Shown: positions 28,806-38,146, numbered from the stretch's first letter. The stretch: 64,000 bases of DNA from an uncultured Gammaproteobacteria bacterium (GCA_965231095.1 OZ246416.1:185228-249227), one strand, 5' to 3'. Numbers and translations: made by a program. Notes: generated by a model from the sequence alone, not told the origin.

Positions 28806-30248
28806 ATGGCACTTAATGCATACAGAATAAAAGGTTTCCGCGGAGGTATCGCAGACGATGCCTATAAGGGCGTGGCTGGTGCGTTCAGGTTCGGCTATGG
28901 CCTCGACATTCGAAATGGCGCGGACACTCTGAAGTGCAATCAAGCGCTTGAAAAAGATTCGGGGAGTGTCGTCACTGACCTTATTCTGTTTTTCGTGCCA
29001 GCTTCCAACGGCAAATTGTACGGCTTCGGCAACACCGGAAATATCTACAGCAAAGATACACCCGCATCAGCATGGGTGCTGAGATACACCGACCCCGACG
29101 GCAAGATCATGGGCGCATCTGAGTACACCAATAACAACGGGTCCGGAAGCTACGTGCCGTATCTCTATTGGGCAACCGAGACAAAGCTCAAACGTATTCC
29201 GTTCTCCGGCTCGTTTCCAGGAGGCGTGGAAACATTCGGCACATTAAACGGCGATCCCGCATGGCACACCATGACGATAGCGGTTGGCGTTCTCCAGATT
29301 TGCGACGGCCGATACATCGCACTGGTGGATTATGAAGGCAACTTCAACAATCAAGCACTCGATCTTATCGCGGGCAACCGCACCAAAACTTTACTGCCTC
29401 AGGACCAGATCGCGATTATCGGTTCGACCAAAGGCGACAAGATCGAAGAAGGCTGGCTGTGGACATGGGACAAGCAGCAACCCTCATGGATTCTCCGCCG
29501 AATGATCGCAGAAAAAGGAGTGAACGCGATGATCCAAACTGACTTCATTATGGTGCAGGCAGGCATCAGCGGGGGACTCTACTACTGGGACACGGTAAAC
29601 ATTTTGCGTTTCAAAGCATTCCCCGGCGGCGGATGGGTAAACCCCGGAGCGGCAGCCAACCTTAAAGGCGTAGCTCTAATGGGGGTAACGGGCTCAGATA
29701 AATGCGGACTGTATTCCTACGGACGGCTAAGCAAAAACGAACCTTATTCGATGAACCTCGAATATGTTCCCTCACACGGCAAACTCACCGGCGTTGAAAT
29801 TGGCGCAGTGACGGTATACGGAGATCAGCCCTTCGCATCGTGGAAAGACGGATCAACTTACGGCGTGGATACAGTCGATCCCGACAACAAAGCCGACGCA
29901 CGATATGAGGGACTGGTCTTCGATGCTGGCGAACCGGAATTACAAAAAGGCTTCCGTCACATCAAGCTTCTGACCAAACCCCTACCTTCTCAGTGCTGGC
30001 TAAAAACTTATTACCGCATTAATGAGCAGGGTGAATGGAAGCAGGCATACCTCGAAGACGGAGCGGATAGCTTCGACAAAGAAGGCAATACCAAAGTCGT
30101 GTTCACGGTCGAAACCGGAGACGAGGAGGAAGAAGAAAAAGGCAAAGGCGAAACATTCGAACTGGCGTTTGATTTACACCCCTCAGGGAATAACACGCCA
30201 GAGATTGTCGCCGCAAGCACCTACTTCGAGCCAATAGGAATCTTATAA
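28806..30248 (+). CDS. Tail nozzle/stabilisation protein (beta-propeller-like)
   Basis: 480 aa, beta-rich, starts with F.GG, follows the adaptor. Confidence 0.6.
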   Translation: MALNAYRIKGFRGGIADDAYKGVAGAFRFGYGLDIRNGADTLKCNQALEKDSGSVVTDLILFFVPASNGKLYGFGNTGNIYSKDTPASAWVLRYTDPDGKIMGASEYTNNNGSGSYVPYLYWATETKLKRIPFSGSFPGGVETFGTLNGDPAWHTMTIAVGVLQICDGRYIALVDYEGNFNNQALDLIAGNRTKTLLPQDQIAIIGSTKGDKIEEGWLWTWDKQQPSWILRRMIAEKGVNAMIQTDFIMVQAGISGGLYYWDTVNILRFKAFPGGGWVNPGAAANLKGVALMGVTGSDKCGLYSYGRLSKNEPYSMNLEYVPSHGKLTGVEIGAVTVYGDQPFASWKDGSTYGVDTVDPDNKADARYEGLVFDAGEPELQKGFRHIKLLTKPLPSQCWLKTYYRINEQGEWKQAYLEDGADSFDKEGNTKVVFTVETGDEEEEEKGKGETFELAFDLHPSGNNTPEIVAASTYFEPIGIL

Positions 30249-30252
30249 AGCT

Positions 30253-31362
30253 ATGAGCGAATTCTTGCAAAAAATATTCGGCAACCAAGAAGTGGACGAT
30301 CAGCCATTTCCGGAAGTTCCGCCGCACACCCACGACGGACAGAATTCGCCATTGCTCGCACCGGCATCGATTGATTCCGTACAGATCAAGTCCGGAGCGA
30401 TTGGAACTCTTGCCCTGGCTGACGATTCGGTCAGCTCGGCAAAAATAATTGATCAAGCCATCCTTACCGAGCATCTTGATGCGCTAGCAGTTACTGAACA
30501 GAAACTCGCAAATGCTGCGGTGGCCACGGCTAAAATAAAAAACGGCTCGGTTACCGCATCAAAATTAATCCAAACTGAAGCAGTCGTGACCCTGTCTGCG
30601 CAGATAGAAGACGCCGTGATCATATCGGCTCATGTCGGCACGGGAGTAATTCAAAACGCGCATCTCGGCAATGCCATCGTCACCAACGCGAAAATAGTTG
30701 ATGGAACAATCCAGACAGCCAAAATCGGAGATGCGCAAATCACCTCGGTAAAGATCGGAGCGGCGGAAGTAAAAAACGCCAATATCGAAAACTTGGCCGT
30801 AAGCGCTGCAAAGATTCAAGACTTGGCAGTCACCAACGCAAAGATAGGCAACCTCGCGGTCGACGACGCCAAGATCGGCAGCGTCAGTGCGACCAAGATC
30901 ACGGCTGGGCAAATCAACCTGACTTCGACCGGATATCTTTCCACCCCATATGGCGGCATAAGGATCGGCTATCTCCGCGACATAGGAGGGACACCGATTT
31001 ACGGCATTCAGGCGGGGCCGGGCCACGGGTTAATGCTCGACGACGGCGCAAACGGATATGCCCGAATGTGGGTCGATACTTCGGGCAACCGGCCGCTTGT
31101 CATAGACACAACCATCAACGACCGCATCTTCTTCAAAGCATCGAGCGGAAACGACATCCTGCGCCTCTACGGGAACAACGCAATTTCGGGAGGCTTCGTC
31201 GATGTCCAAACATCGTTTCGAATCGGAACAAATGAACCAGCCAGCCCTGCAAACGGCGAGATGTACTACGATCCCAGTCCGAGCGGAATGGGGTCGGGCG
31301 GACGCCTCATGATTTACAACGGGTTCAGCTGGCATGCAGTCGCTTGGTTCGATGACATCTAA
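30253..31362 (+). CDS. Tail fibre-like protein
   Basis: HTHDG motif; 10-aa repeats AKI.D.A(V/I)T; C-terminal P.SP.NGEMYYD. Confidence 0.7.
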   Translation: MSEFLQKIFGNQEVDDQPFPEVPPHTHDGQNSPLLAPASIDSVQIKSGAIGTLALADDSVSSAKIIDQAILTEHLDALAVTEQKLANAAVATAKIKNGSVTASKLIQTEAVVTLSAQIEDAVIISAHVGTGVIQNAHLGNAIVTNAKIVDGTIQTAKIGDAQITSVKIGAAEVKNANIENLAVSAAKIQDLAVTNAKIGNLAVDDAKIGSVSATKITAGQINLTSTGYLSTPYGGIRIGYLRDIGGTPIYGIQAGPGHGLMLDDGANGYARMWVDTSGNRPLVIDTTINDRIFFKASSGNDILRLYGNNAISGGFVDVQTSFRIGTNEPASPANGEMYYDPSPSGMGSGGRLMIYNGFSWHAVAWFDDI

Positions 31363-31405
31363 CAATAAAAGGTCGATCAATTAAAAATCAATTGGCATCC
31401 ATACC

Positions 31406-31618
31406 ATGTTTACAAAAAAATTAGACAAAACAGACCTCGAAGAACTCCGCAAACGGCAGGAGCTTATTCATCAGCACCAGCTCATAACGCAGGCTTTAGA
31501 AGTGCAAAAACAGCAATACATCATGAGTCGCTTTCCCAAGTACAGACTCGATCCGAACAGAAAGTATGACATTGACTTGAAAACTGGCCGGATCACGGAA
31601 GCCAAACCAAATATATAA
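31406..31618 (+). CDS. Small phage protein (possible fibre chaperone)
   Basis: Coiled-coil then IDLKTG.I; follows the fibre gene. Confidence 0.55.
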   Translation: MFTKKLDKTDLEELRKRQELIHQHQLITQALEVQKQQYIMSRFPKYRLDPNRKYDIDLKTGRITEAKPNI

Positions 31619-31622
31619 ATCT

Positions 31623-32723
31623 ATGGCTATTGACTGGACACAATTTGAAAAGCAGTTTGCGGATCTTCGCAAAAGCTTCGCCAAGCCGACATCGGCAAAC
31701 GCACCGGATGGAACAGACTCGGCCGGCAGCTACGATTTGTCGTCTCTTCAGACTCAGATCGGCACGGCTCAGCAAAAATTGGATTCAGCGCAGAGCGCGC
31801 TCAAGAATTATTACACGACCCGCTACGATCAAGAGTACAACACGCGCGGCCTTGGGGACATTAAAACAAAAATCGCAAATCTAGATTCAAAAATTGCGGG
31901 TGAAAAAGGAACTCGCGACGAATCAATCAGCAAGACCCGACGTAATCCGTACTATTCGGCGGCAACAATTACCGGCGAGTCTTCGGAGATTGAACGGCTG
32001 GCAAATTCTACGATCAATAACTATGTGGACGAGCGAAACAGTCTTGCGGGGGAATACAACAGCACGCTCGACGAAGTAACCAAAAAGGTGGCGGCTGAGA
32101 CGGGTGAAAAAGAGCGCGAAGTCGACGAGCTTAAATACAACCTGGCCAGTCTGACAAAGCAGATGAGCGATTACAAAGACACTCTTCGCAGCGAACTAGA
32201 CCGCGAGAGCGACGATCAGCATTGGGAGGCGGAATTTATGCTCAAGCTCCAGGAGGCCGACCAGCGGGCAAAAGAAGCCTCTAACGGCGGAAGTGATAAT
32301 AGTACGGCCGGTGAGCGATTTTCGGCCCGAATAGGGCAGGGTTTGGAGCCAGACGCCTCCTTAAGAGCCACGGCTGAACGCTTGATGAGCCAAGGCATCA
32401 ATGATCCGACTCGATTGGGCTATAGCGGCGACTTGGCCGTTCAGCTTGAATCTGAAATTGCATACCTCAGAAAACAGTCCCCTGAAAAAGCGTCAGATCC
32501 GGCCCAGGCATCCGGCACGACTGCTGAGAGCACTTTCAGACGAGAAGTCCGCGACGCTTGGAAAGAAGGATACAACGCTGAACAACTGAAGCAGGTATAT
32601 GGAGGCGTACAGTTTACTGATTCAAAGAAGTCGGCCTCGGAAATAATTGACGACGAATGGCGAATTAAAACCGCGGGAGGCGTTGGCGGATTCCTCGGAC
32701 GACTCTTCCGTATTGGAGTCTAA
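31623..32723 (+). CDS. Coiled-coil internal virion/ejection protein
   Basis: Helical heptads; located before the large ejection protein. Confidence 0.55.
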   Translation: MAIDWTQFEKQFADLRKSFAKPTSANAPDGTDSAGSYDLSSLQTQIGTAQQKLDSAQSALKNYYTTRYDQEYNTRGLGDIKTKIANLDSKIAGEKGTRDESISKTRRNPYYSAATITGESSEIERLANSTINNYVDERNSLAGEYNSTLDEVTKKVAAETGEKEREVDELKYNLASLTKQMSDYKDTLRSELDRESDDQHWEAEFMLKLQEADQRAKEASNGGSDNSTAGERFSARIGQGLEPDASLRATAERLMSQGINDPTRLGYSGDLAVQLESEIAYLRKQSPEKASDPAQASGTTAESTFRREVRDAWKEGYNAEQLKQVYGGVQFTDSKKSASEIIDDEWRIKTAGGVGGFLGRLFRIGV

Positions 32724-32730
32724 AACTACT

Positions 32731-35700
32731 ATGAATTTCTGGAACAAAATAACATCACCCTTCAAGAAAGCGGCCGAGAAAACAAAAAAGACTATCGGCG
32801 ACTTTTTCGCACCCGTACCTGACCAAGTACGCGTGCGTGACTTTGTGCGCGAGTTACCGGGGGCAACGAAGACAGTCGGAACGGCGGTCTTGAATTTTGG
32901 CAAAGACGTTCTTCGTGCTCCCAATCGCGCAGCGGCTTCGGCGATGCTCTCGCTTCAGGATCAGAAAGAATTTATACCTGGCACAGGAGTGGCTCCGAAG
33001 CTAGAAAAGTTCCTTATGGGCGATAAGCCTATTAAGGACATACGCGGAACCGGAGAAGAAACAATTAAAACATTCGGTGGCAGCGAGAAAGCTTCAAAGA
33101 AGTATGGGCTGCCGCTCGGTTTTGCGTTGACCGCACTTGATATCGTCCCCGGCATCCCAAAAAAGAAAGTGGCGGAAGAACTCGGTGAACAACTCATCAA
33201 AAGATACGGCGATGACGTTGCTAAGCTGATTGTAGAAAAAGGCGGGAAGAAACTTGCCGAACAAGCTATTAAAGAAGGCGGAGAAAAGCTCGTAGAAAAA
33301 GCAGGCATCGCCATTGCTAAAGAAGCGAAGCCGATCACGGAAGCGGTGAAGACCGCGGAAGAAGTTATCAAATCAGTGAAGCCAGTCAACTACATTGAGA
33401 AAGAAGGGCGCAACCTGATGGAATTTGAAAATGCCGATCTGTCTTTGCCTGAGCTTAAACGAAAATTGGAAATAGCAGTTGAAGGCAAAGAGGGCGACGA
33501 ATTGTTGGGCTTAATGAAAAAGGATATTGAAAAAAGAGAATCAGAACTTATTGATCTGGCAAAAAAAGACAAAGGGGTATCGGATCAAGGCGAAGAATTT
33601 ATAAAAGCCCGCGAACAGGCGATCAAAGAGATTGAAGCAGGCACGCCCACCAATCGCACTTCGGCGGCGGAAGGCGCATTGGATAGCGTCAATTCAAAAG
33701 GACACCCTGTTATAAAGGCAGGAAAGAAAGTAGCGCCGCCAAAACCAAGGGCTGATGAGCTTACGCCTCCGCCCCCAACCCCTCCTCGCATACCCACCGA
33801 GGTGCCGTTATCAGGAGTTCCGGATTCCCCGAAAGGGAGTGCGCTGGAAGCTATTGATGGCATGGTCGGAAAAACCAATACGCCAAAGAATTTGCTCGAG
33901 TGGATAAAAGGCGCACCAAAAAAATTCACCGAAGCATTCAGCGATCGCTTTGCACCAATCAAACGGTTCGAAGAAATGGTGAGTGACATGGCTGGAAAGC
34001 CCATCGATATCAACTCAAGTGCATACACCGCGGCGCGAATGTACGCGGGACGCATGGGGACGGTGGAGTCGTTCTTAAACGATCTGCAAAAAGTCATCTC
34101 GCCATTAAGAAAAGAACGCGCCGACTTCACGCGCTTTGTTTTGTCGCGCCGGGCTCTTGAACGAGCCGAGCGCGGATTCGCCAACCCCGCGGGAGTCACG
34201 GCCGATACAGCAAAACAAGCAATGGACGAGCTGAAAACAAAAGTTGGTCCCGGCATCTTCAAGCAATTCGAAGCGGCAGAACAGGCGATACAAAAATGGG
34301 CGGACGAAGCAATTCTTAAACCGGCTGCAGAATCAGGACTCATATCGAAACAGGCATACGGTTCGATCGTAGCAAAAAATAAACACTGGATTCCTTTTCA
34401 AGTCCTTGATTATTTACCAGACTCCGCATTTGTGGACAGTTTGCCGAAAGGCGGCGAGATCTTCTCGGTAAGTAAGCAGGGCATAGTAAGAGGACTCGAA
34501 GGCACAGAGAAAATAATCCGCGATCCGTTCGAGGCCATCATCGACAAACTATCCAATGCGGTAAATCTTGCCAAGCGCAACGACGTAGCCCGCAAGCTCA
34601 TCAACATACGCGAGGTGTTGCCAGAAGCCAAAGAGCTTATACAGCCGCTGACTAAAGATGCGCGCGTGCCGAAAGGTTGGGGTTCCATCAGCGTATTCGT
34701 GGATGGAAAGAACACGAAATGGGTTGTGCCCGAAGAACTCTCTTGGGCGATGCATCAGATGAACGAGGTCGAAGCTGGCATGCTGGGAAACTTTGTAAAG
34801 TTCACTTCCGGTGCATTCAGGAAAGGAGCGACCACACTATATATACCGTTCTCGCTTTCCAATGCAGTGCGTGATGCACAGATGGCAGTCATGACTTCGA
34901 AGTACGGATTCAATCCGGCCGACTGGGTCAGTGGCTTTGCCCAGGGTCTCAAGGGGGCATTCGGCTGGGATTCAAAACTGCTTGAAGAATTCAGTCGCAA
35001 CGGCGGAGGTTTCGGCGGATTTATTCAGGGGGCACGCGAGATCAGCGGCGTAAAAAAACAACTGTTTGAACCCGCATGGTGGAAGCGAACCAAAGCGGTC
35101 GTCAACCCCTTCAATCTTATAAGCAATTTTGCTGAAGCCATAGAGCTCGCGCCTCGCCTTGGAGTGTACAAGCGCGCGCTGAAGGGGGGAGCAACCGGCT
35201 TCGAGGCAGCATTTGAAGCCCGCAACGCTACAATTGATTTTGCCAAAGCCGGTCAAGAGATGCGAATCATAAATATGTGGGTGCCGTTTGTGAATGCGCG
35301 ATGGCAGGCACTGCTCAACACGGCCCGCGTGTTTAAAGAAAGTCCCGTCAAAGCCTCGGCAAAAGCGGGCGCATTGATCGTTGCGCCAGGCGTGACGACT
35401 TACTTCTGGAACTCCCTGAATTTTCCAGACCTGTATGAAGACGTGCCGCGCTGGATTAAAGATACCTATTTCCCAATCATTGTCGGCGAAGAAAAGGATG
35501 ATCAAGGCAATCGCGTGCCTAAGATGGTATTGATTCCAAAAGGCGACGTCGGACAGATCTTCTACAACCCGATCGAGTACGCCCTCGACTATGTCCGCAA
35601 AGGCGAACCGAGCAACTTCAGCAAGCTCGCATTGGAATGGATGAGCCAACTGGCCCCGATCCCATTCACGCGTGACGGCGAACTATCGGTGACCCAATTC

Positions 35701-36447
35701 CTTTCCGGAGCAATGCCTCCGATTCTGCGTACTCCAATCGAGCTTGCCACTAACCAATCATTCTTCACCGGAGGCCCGATTGTTCCGAGACGCCTTGAAC
35801 AAGTTTCGCCAACCGAGCAGTACGACGAAAAAACACCGCAGGCGGCGGTGGTCGTAGGTCGAGCGCTCGGTGTCTCGCCAATGAAGATGGCCTATGGGCT
35901 TGGCGGCCTCCTTGGAGGTTTCGGCCGTGAAGCAATAGACCCGGCAAAAATTCTGCAAAGCACCGCCAGCCGATTCTACCGATCCGCCGGAGGCGAGAAG
36001 CGAAACCAAGCATGGAACCTGAAAGACGAAGCGGTGGTCGGATATAGCACCGCGCGCGAGCAGGCTAAGCGGGCGATTGAGGAGAACGATATAAAAACTG
36101 CGACGGCAATCATTGAAAACTGGAACGCATCAGCGGAAAAAATATTGCCGGACATTCTGCCATACCTCGCTCAAGATGATCCGCAGGAAGCGCAAAAAAT
36201 AAGTTCGTCGGTGACATTTCAACCGCAAGACATTGCCCGGCTGCAAAGGTCGGTCTACGACGAACAAGTCGGGGAAGCGGAACGAAAAGGAACAACGCCC
36301 CAGCTTAATCCGAAGCTGACGAAAGACAGTCTCCGCTCAATTCGCACAGGCAAAGAAGACCCGCTCGCAACGATCGGACAAATGTTCCCGACTGAGCAAC
36401 TTCAGCAGACAGACCTGAAGCAGATGAGGCAGGGATTACGGCAATGA
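32731..36447 (+). CDS. Large ejection-type protein with LPD38-like C-terminal region
   Basis: About 1238 aa; DRFAPI, NAVRDAQ, E.APRLG.Y, TIDF...G, PF.NA..Q, IPK, P.E...N..FF.G.PIVP. Confidence 0.7.
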   Translation: MNFWNKITSPFKKAAEKTKKTIGDFFAPVPDQVRVRDFVRELPGATKTVGTAVLNFGKDVLRAPNRAAASAMLSLQDQKEFIPGTGVAPKLEKFLMGDKPIKDIRGTGEETIKTFGGSEKASKKYGLPLGFALTALDIVPGIPKKKVAEELGEQLIKRYGDDVAKLIVEKGGKKLAEQAIKEGGEKLVEKAGIAIAKEAKPITEAVKTAEEVIKSVKPVNYIEKEGRNLMEFENADLSLPELKRKLEIAVEGKEGDELLGLMKKDIEKRESELIDLAKKDKGVSDQGEEFIKAREQAIKEIEAGTPTNRTSAAEGALDSVNSKGHPVIKAGKKVAPPKPRADELTPPPPTPPRIPTEVPLSGVPDSPKGSALEAIDGMVGKTNTPKNLLEWIKGAPKKFTEAFSDRFAPIKRFEEMVSDMAGKPIDINSSAYTAARMYAGRMGTVESFLNDLQKVISPLRKERADFTRFVLSRRALERAERGFANPAGVTADTAKQAMDELKTKVGPGIFKQFEAAEQAIQKWADEAILKPAAESGLISKQAYGSIVAKNKHWIPFQVLDYLPDSAFVDSLPKGGEIFSVSKQGIVRGLEGTEKIIRDPFEAIIDKLSNAVNLAKRNDVARKLINIREVLPEAKELIQPLTKDARVPKGWGSISVFVDGKNTKWVVPEELSWAMHQMNEVEAGMLGNFVKFTSGAFRKGATTLYIPFSLSNAVRDAQMAVMTSKYGFNPADWVSGFAQGLKGAFGWDSKLLEEFSRNGGGFGGFIQGAREISGVKKQLFEPAWWKRTKAVVNPFNLISNFAEAIELAPRLGVYKRALKGGATGFEAAFEARNATIDFAKAGQEMRIINMWVPFVNARWQALLNTARVFKESPVKASAKAGALIVAPGVTTYFWNSLNFPDLYEDVPRWIKDTYFPIIVGEEKDDQGNRVPKMVLIPKGDVGQIFYNPIEYALDYVRKGEPSNFSKLALEWMSQLAPIPFTRDGELSVTQFLSGAMPPILRTPIELATNQSFFTGGPIVPRRLEQVSPTEQYDEKTPQAAVVVGRALGVSPMKMAYGLGGLLGGFGREAIDPAKILQSTASRFYRSAGGEKRNQAWNLKDEAVVGYSTAREQAKRAIEENDIKTATAIIENWNASAEKILPDILPYLAQDDPQEAQKISSSVTFQPQDIARLQRSVYDEQVGEAERKGTTPQLNPKLTKDSLRSIRTGKEDPLATIGQMFPTEQLQQTDLKQMRQGLRQ

Positions 36448-36609
36448 AGACTTCGGCTCAATCTGCCGGCGCATTTCCCGGAGCTTGTCTGACTGAACAG
36501 TGTCTCGCACCATCGGGCCGAAATTCAACCATAGATAAAGCCCGATGCCGAGACTCACCACCGCAAGCACCGCGACTAGCGCAAATAATCTTTTTTGAGC
36601 TGTAGACAT
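36436..36609 (-). CDS. 57-aa single-TM protein antisense to the late operon (candidate superinfection-exclusion moron)
   Basis: Hand translation MSTAQKRLFALVAVLAVVSLGIGLYLWLNFGPMVRDTVQSDKLREMRRQIEPKSSLP; fills the intergenic gap. Confidence 0.65.
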   Translation of the reverse strand: MSTAQKRLFALVAVLAVVSLGIGLYLWLNFGPMVRDTVQSDKLREMRRQIEPKSSLP

Positions 36610-36656
36610 AGACCCTTGTGTTGTAGCTTACACTCGGCTCAAAAAGCAAATCCGTT

Positions 36657-36884
36657 ATGGAACACCCAAATTACCAAAACCAAATACAGGACAAGAGGCT
36701 CGACAACCTCGAAAAAAGCGTCGACGAGATCAAGAACAACCATCTGCCCCACATCGATGGGAAACTGACGCGGGTAGGCACTGATGTCGATTGGCTCAAA
36801 CGGTTTTTCTGGATTGTCGCTACAGCCTCGGTCGGCGGGCTTATCGCGGCCTTGCTTAACTTACTAATTACCCTTAATAAATAA
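36657..36884 (+). CDS. XhlA-like/holin-like membrane protein
   Basis: Coiled coil plus C-terminal TM, directly upstream of the endolysin. Confidence 0.65.
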   Translation: MEHPNYQNQIQDKRLDNLEKSVDEIKNNHLPHIDGKLTRVGTDVDWLKRFFWIVATASVGGLIAALLNLLITLNK

Positions 36885-36888
36885 CGCC

Positions 36889-37470
36889 ATGAATATCATT
36901 CAAAAAAAGTCTCCTAACTTCTGGGCCGGGCGCAAAGGTTATCGACCAGAAGGAGTGGTCATTCACATTATGGACGGCACGCTCGTCGGCACCGATTCGT
37001 GGTTCGCAAATCCAGCTTCGTTAGTGAGCTCGCACTACGGCATCGGACGAACCGGTGAAGTCCATCAGTATGTGAAAGAAGAAGATACTGCCTGGCATGC
37101 AGGCCGGGTAGATGCGCCGGTCTGGAAACTTATAAAGCCGAACATTAATCCCAATCTTTACACGGTTGGTATCGAACACGAGGGAAAGCCGGATGATGTT
37201 TGGACAGATGCAATGAAGCAGTCCAGTGCAGAACTGATCCGCGAGATTTGCCAACGATGGCAGATACCAATTGACCGCAATCACATCGTCGGCCACTTCG
37301 AAATATTTTCGAAGAAGCCGAATTGCCCGGCGAGCAATAAGAAAATAATCGACGAGCTCGTCGCACTGGCTGGTGGTCAGCAAACACAAACAGCATATCC
37401 TTCGCAGGTCGAAGAAGGAGTGAGAAAAATTGAAGAAGGACTCGCACAAATAAAAAATTCCTTAAAATAA
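36889..37470 (+). CDS. Endolysin, N-acetylmuramoyl-L-alanine amidase (Amidase_2)
   Basis: VVIH, SSHYGI, AWHAG, N..TVGIE, IVGH, CP. Confidence 0.9.
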   Translation: MNIIQKKSPNFWAGRKGYRPEGVVIHIMDGTLVGTDSWFANPASLVSSHYGIGRTGEVHQYVKEEDTAWHAGRVDAPVWKLIKPNINPNLYTVGIEHEGKPDDVWTDAMKQSSAELIREICQRWQIPIDRNHIVGHFEIFSKKPNCPASNKKIIDELVALAGGQQTQTAYPSQVEEGVRKIEEGLAQIKNSLK

Positions 37471-37473
37471 ATT

Positions 37474-37650
37474 ATGGAAATTCTTAAATCCGCGAGCAAA
37501 GTTGTATTCGTCCTGATGGCCCTGGCAACGATCGGTGCGCTCTTCTTGGGCAAAATCTCAGGCGATCAATTTTTGCTTCTCGCTGGAATGGCTTTCTCGT
37601 TCTACTTTTCCAACAAAGGAGATACGACCCAGCCGTTCGCAGGAAAATAA
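37474..37650 (+). CDS. 58-aa two-TM holin-like protein
   Basis: Hand translation MEILKSASKVVFVLMALATIGALFLGKISGDQFLLLAGMAFSFYFSNKG...; FYF motif; follows the endolysin. Confidence 0.7.
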   Translation: MEILKSASKVVFVLMALATIGALFLGKISGDQFLLLAGMAFSFYFSNKGDTTQPFAGK

Positions 37651-37665
37651 AGTCGAAAGTTTATC

Positions 37666-37692
37666 AAAAGCCCGGCGTCGCACCGGGCTTTT
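37666..37692 (+). terminator. Terminator ending the late operon
   Basis: aaaagcccgg-cgtcgca-ccgggctttt. Confidence 0.75.
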
Positions 37693-37757
37693 GTGTTTTA
37701 ATTGGTCTGACAAATAAAAATATAAGGAAAAGATAAAGGTTCAAGCGACCAAAAATC

Positions 37758-37786
37758 TGGACTTGTCTGACAACGACTTATAAAAT
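37758..37786 (+). promoter_or_regulatory. Promoter of the integrase leader with a palindromic operator
   Basis: TGGACT-17-TAAAAT; TTGTCTGACAA palindrome at 37763-37773, near copy at about 37702-37712. Confidence 0.5.
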
Positions 37787-37804
37787 TCAATTACTATGGC
37801 TTTC

Positions 37805-38143
37805 GTGTTTGACTTCCTTGGCGCGAAGGAATATCTTTCCGTTTGGCATAGCGGGAGACTGGTGTCGACTGGTCTGTCGTCAAACACATTAACTTAAAAA
37901 TACCTATCTCATTGTTCCCGATAGGGATCAATCGGCCGCAAGGTCGAGGATGCGACACAATGGGGTTCGACAGAAAGCCGCATAAGAGCTAAAATTGCTC
38001 TGCATGGTTTATGTGCCAGGGATACCTGGATAACACACAATCATGCGCGCCTTGCAAGGCGCTTCGCGTCCCGATCGCTGACTTCGGTCTGCGGACGGAA
38101 ACGGCACGAACCCACCATGAGTCGCATCCTGGTGGGTTTCGTG
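37805..38143 (+). ncRNA. Candidate structured RNA / 5' leader of the integrase
   Basis: Cloverleaf closed by GTGTTTGAC/GTCAAACAC; several GCAA/UUCG hairpins; AGGATGCGAC (37947) complementary to GTCGCATCCT (38121). Confidence 0.55.
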
Positions 38144-38146
38144 TAT

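Noticed and set aside
30400-30910. Repeats in the fibre gene as a CRISPR array or DGR
   Set aside because: They are degenerate 10-aa protein repeats; no identical DNA repeats with spacers and no reverse transcriptase in the window
36458-36649. 63-aa minus-strand ORF from the track
   Set aside because: An overlapping frame (36436..36609) gives an ATG start and a clean TM protein and is preferred
37535-37717. 60-aa ORF from the track after the endolysin
   Set aside because: It crosses the terminator; the frame 37474..37650 encodes the credible holin-like protein
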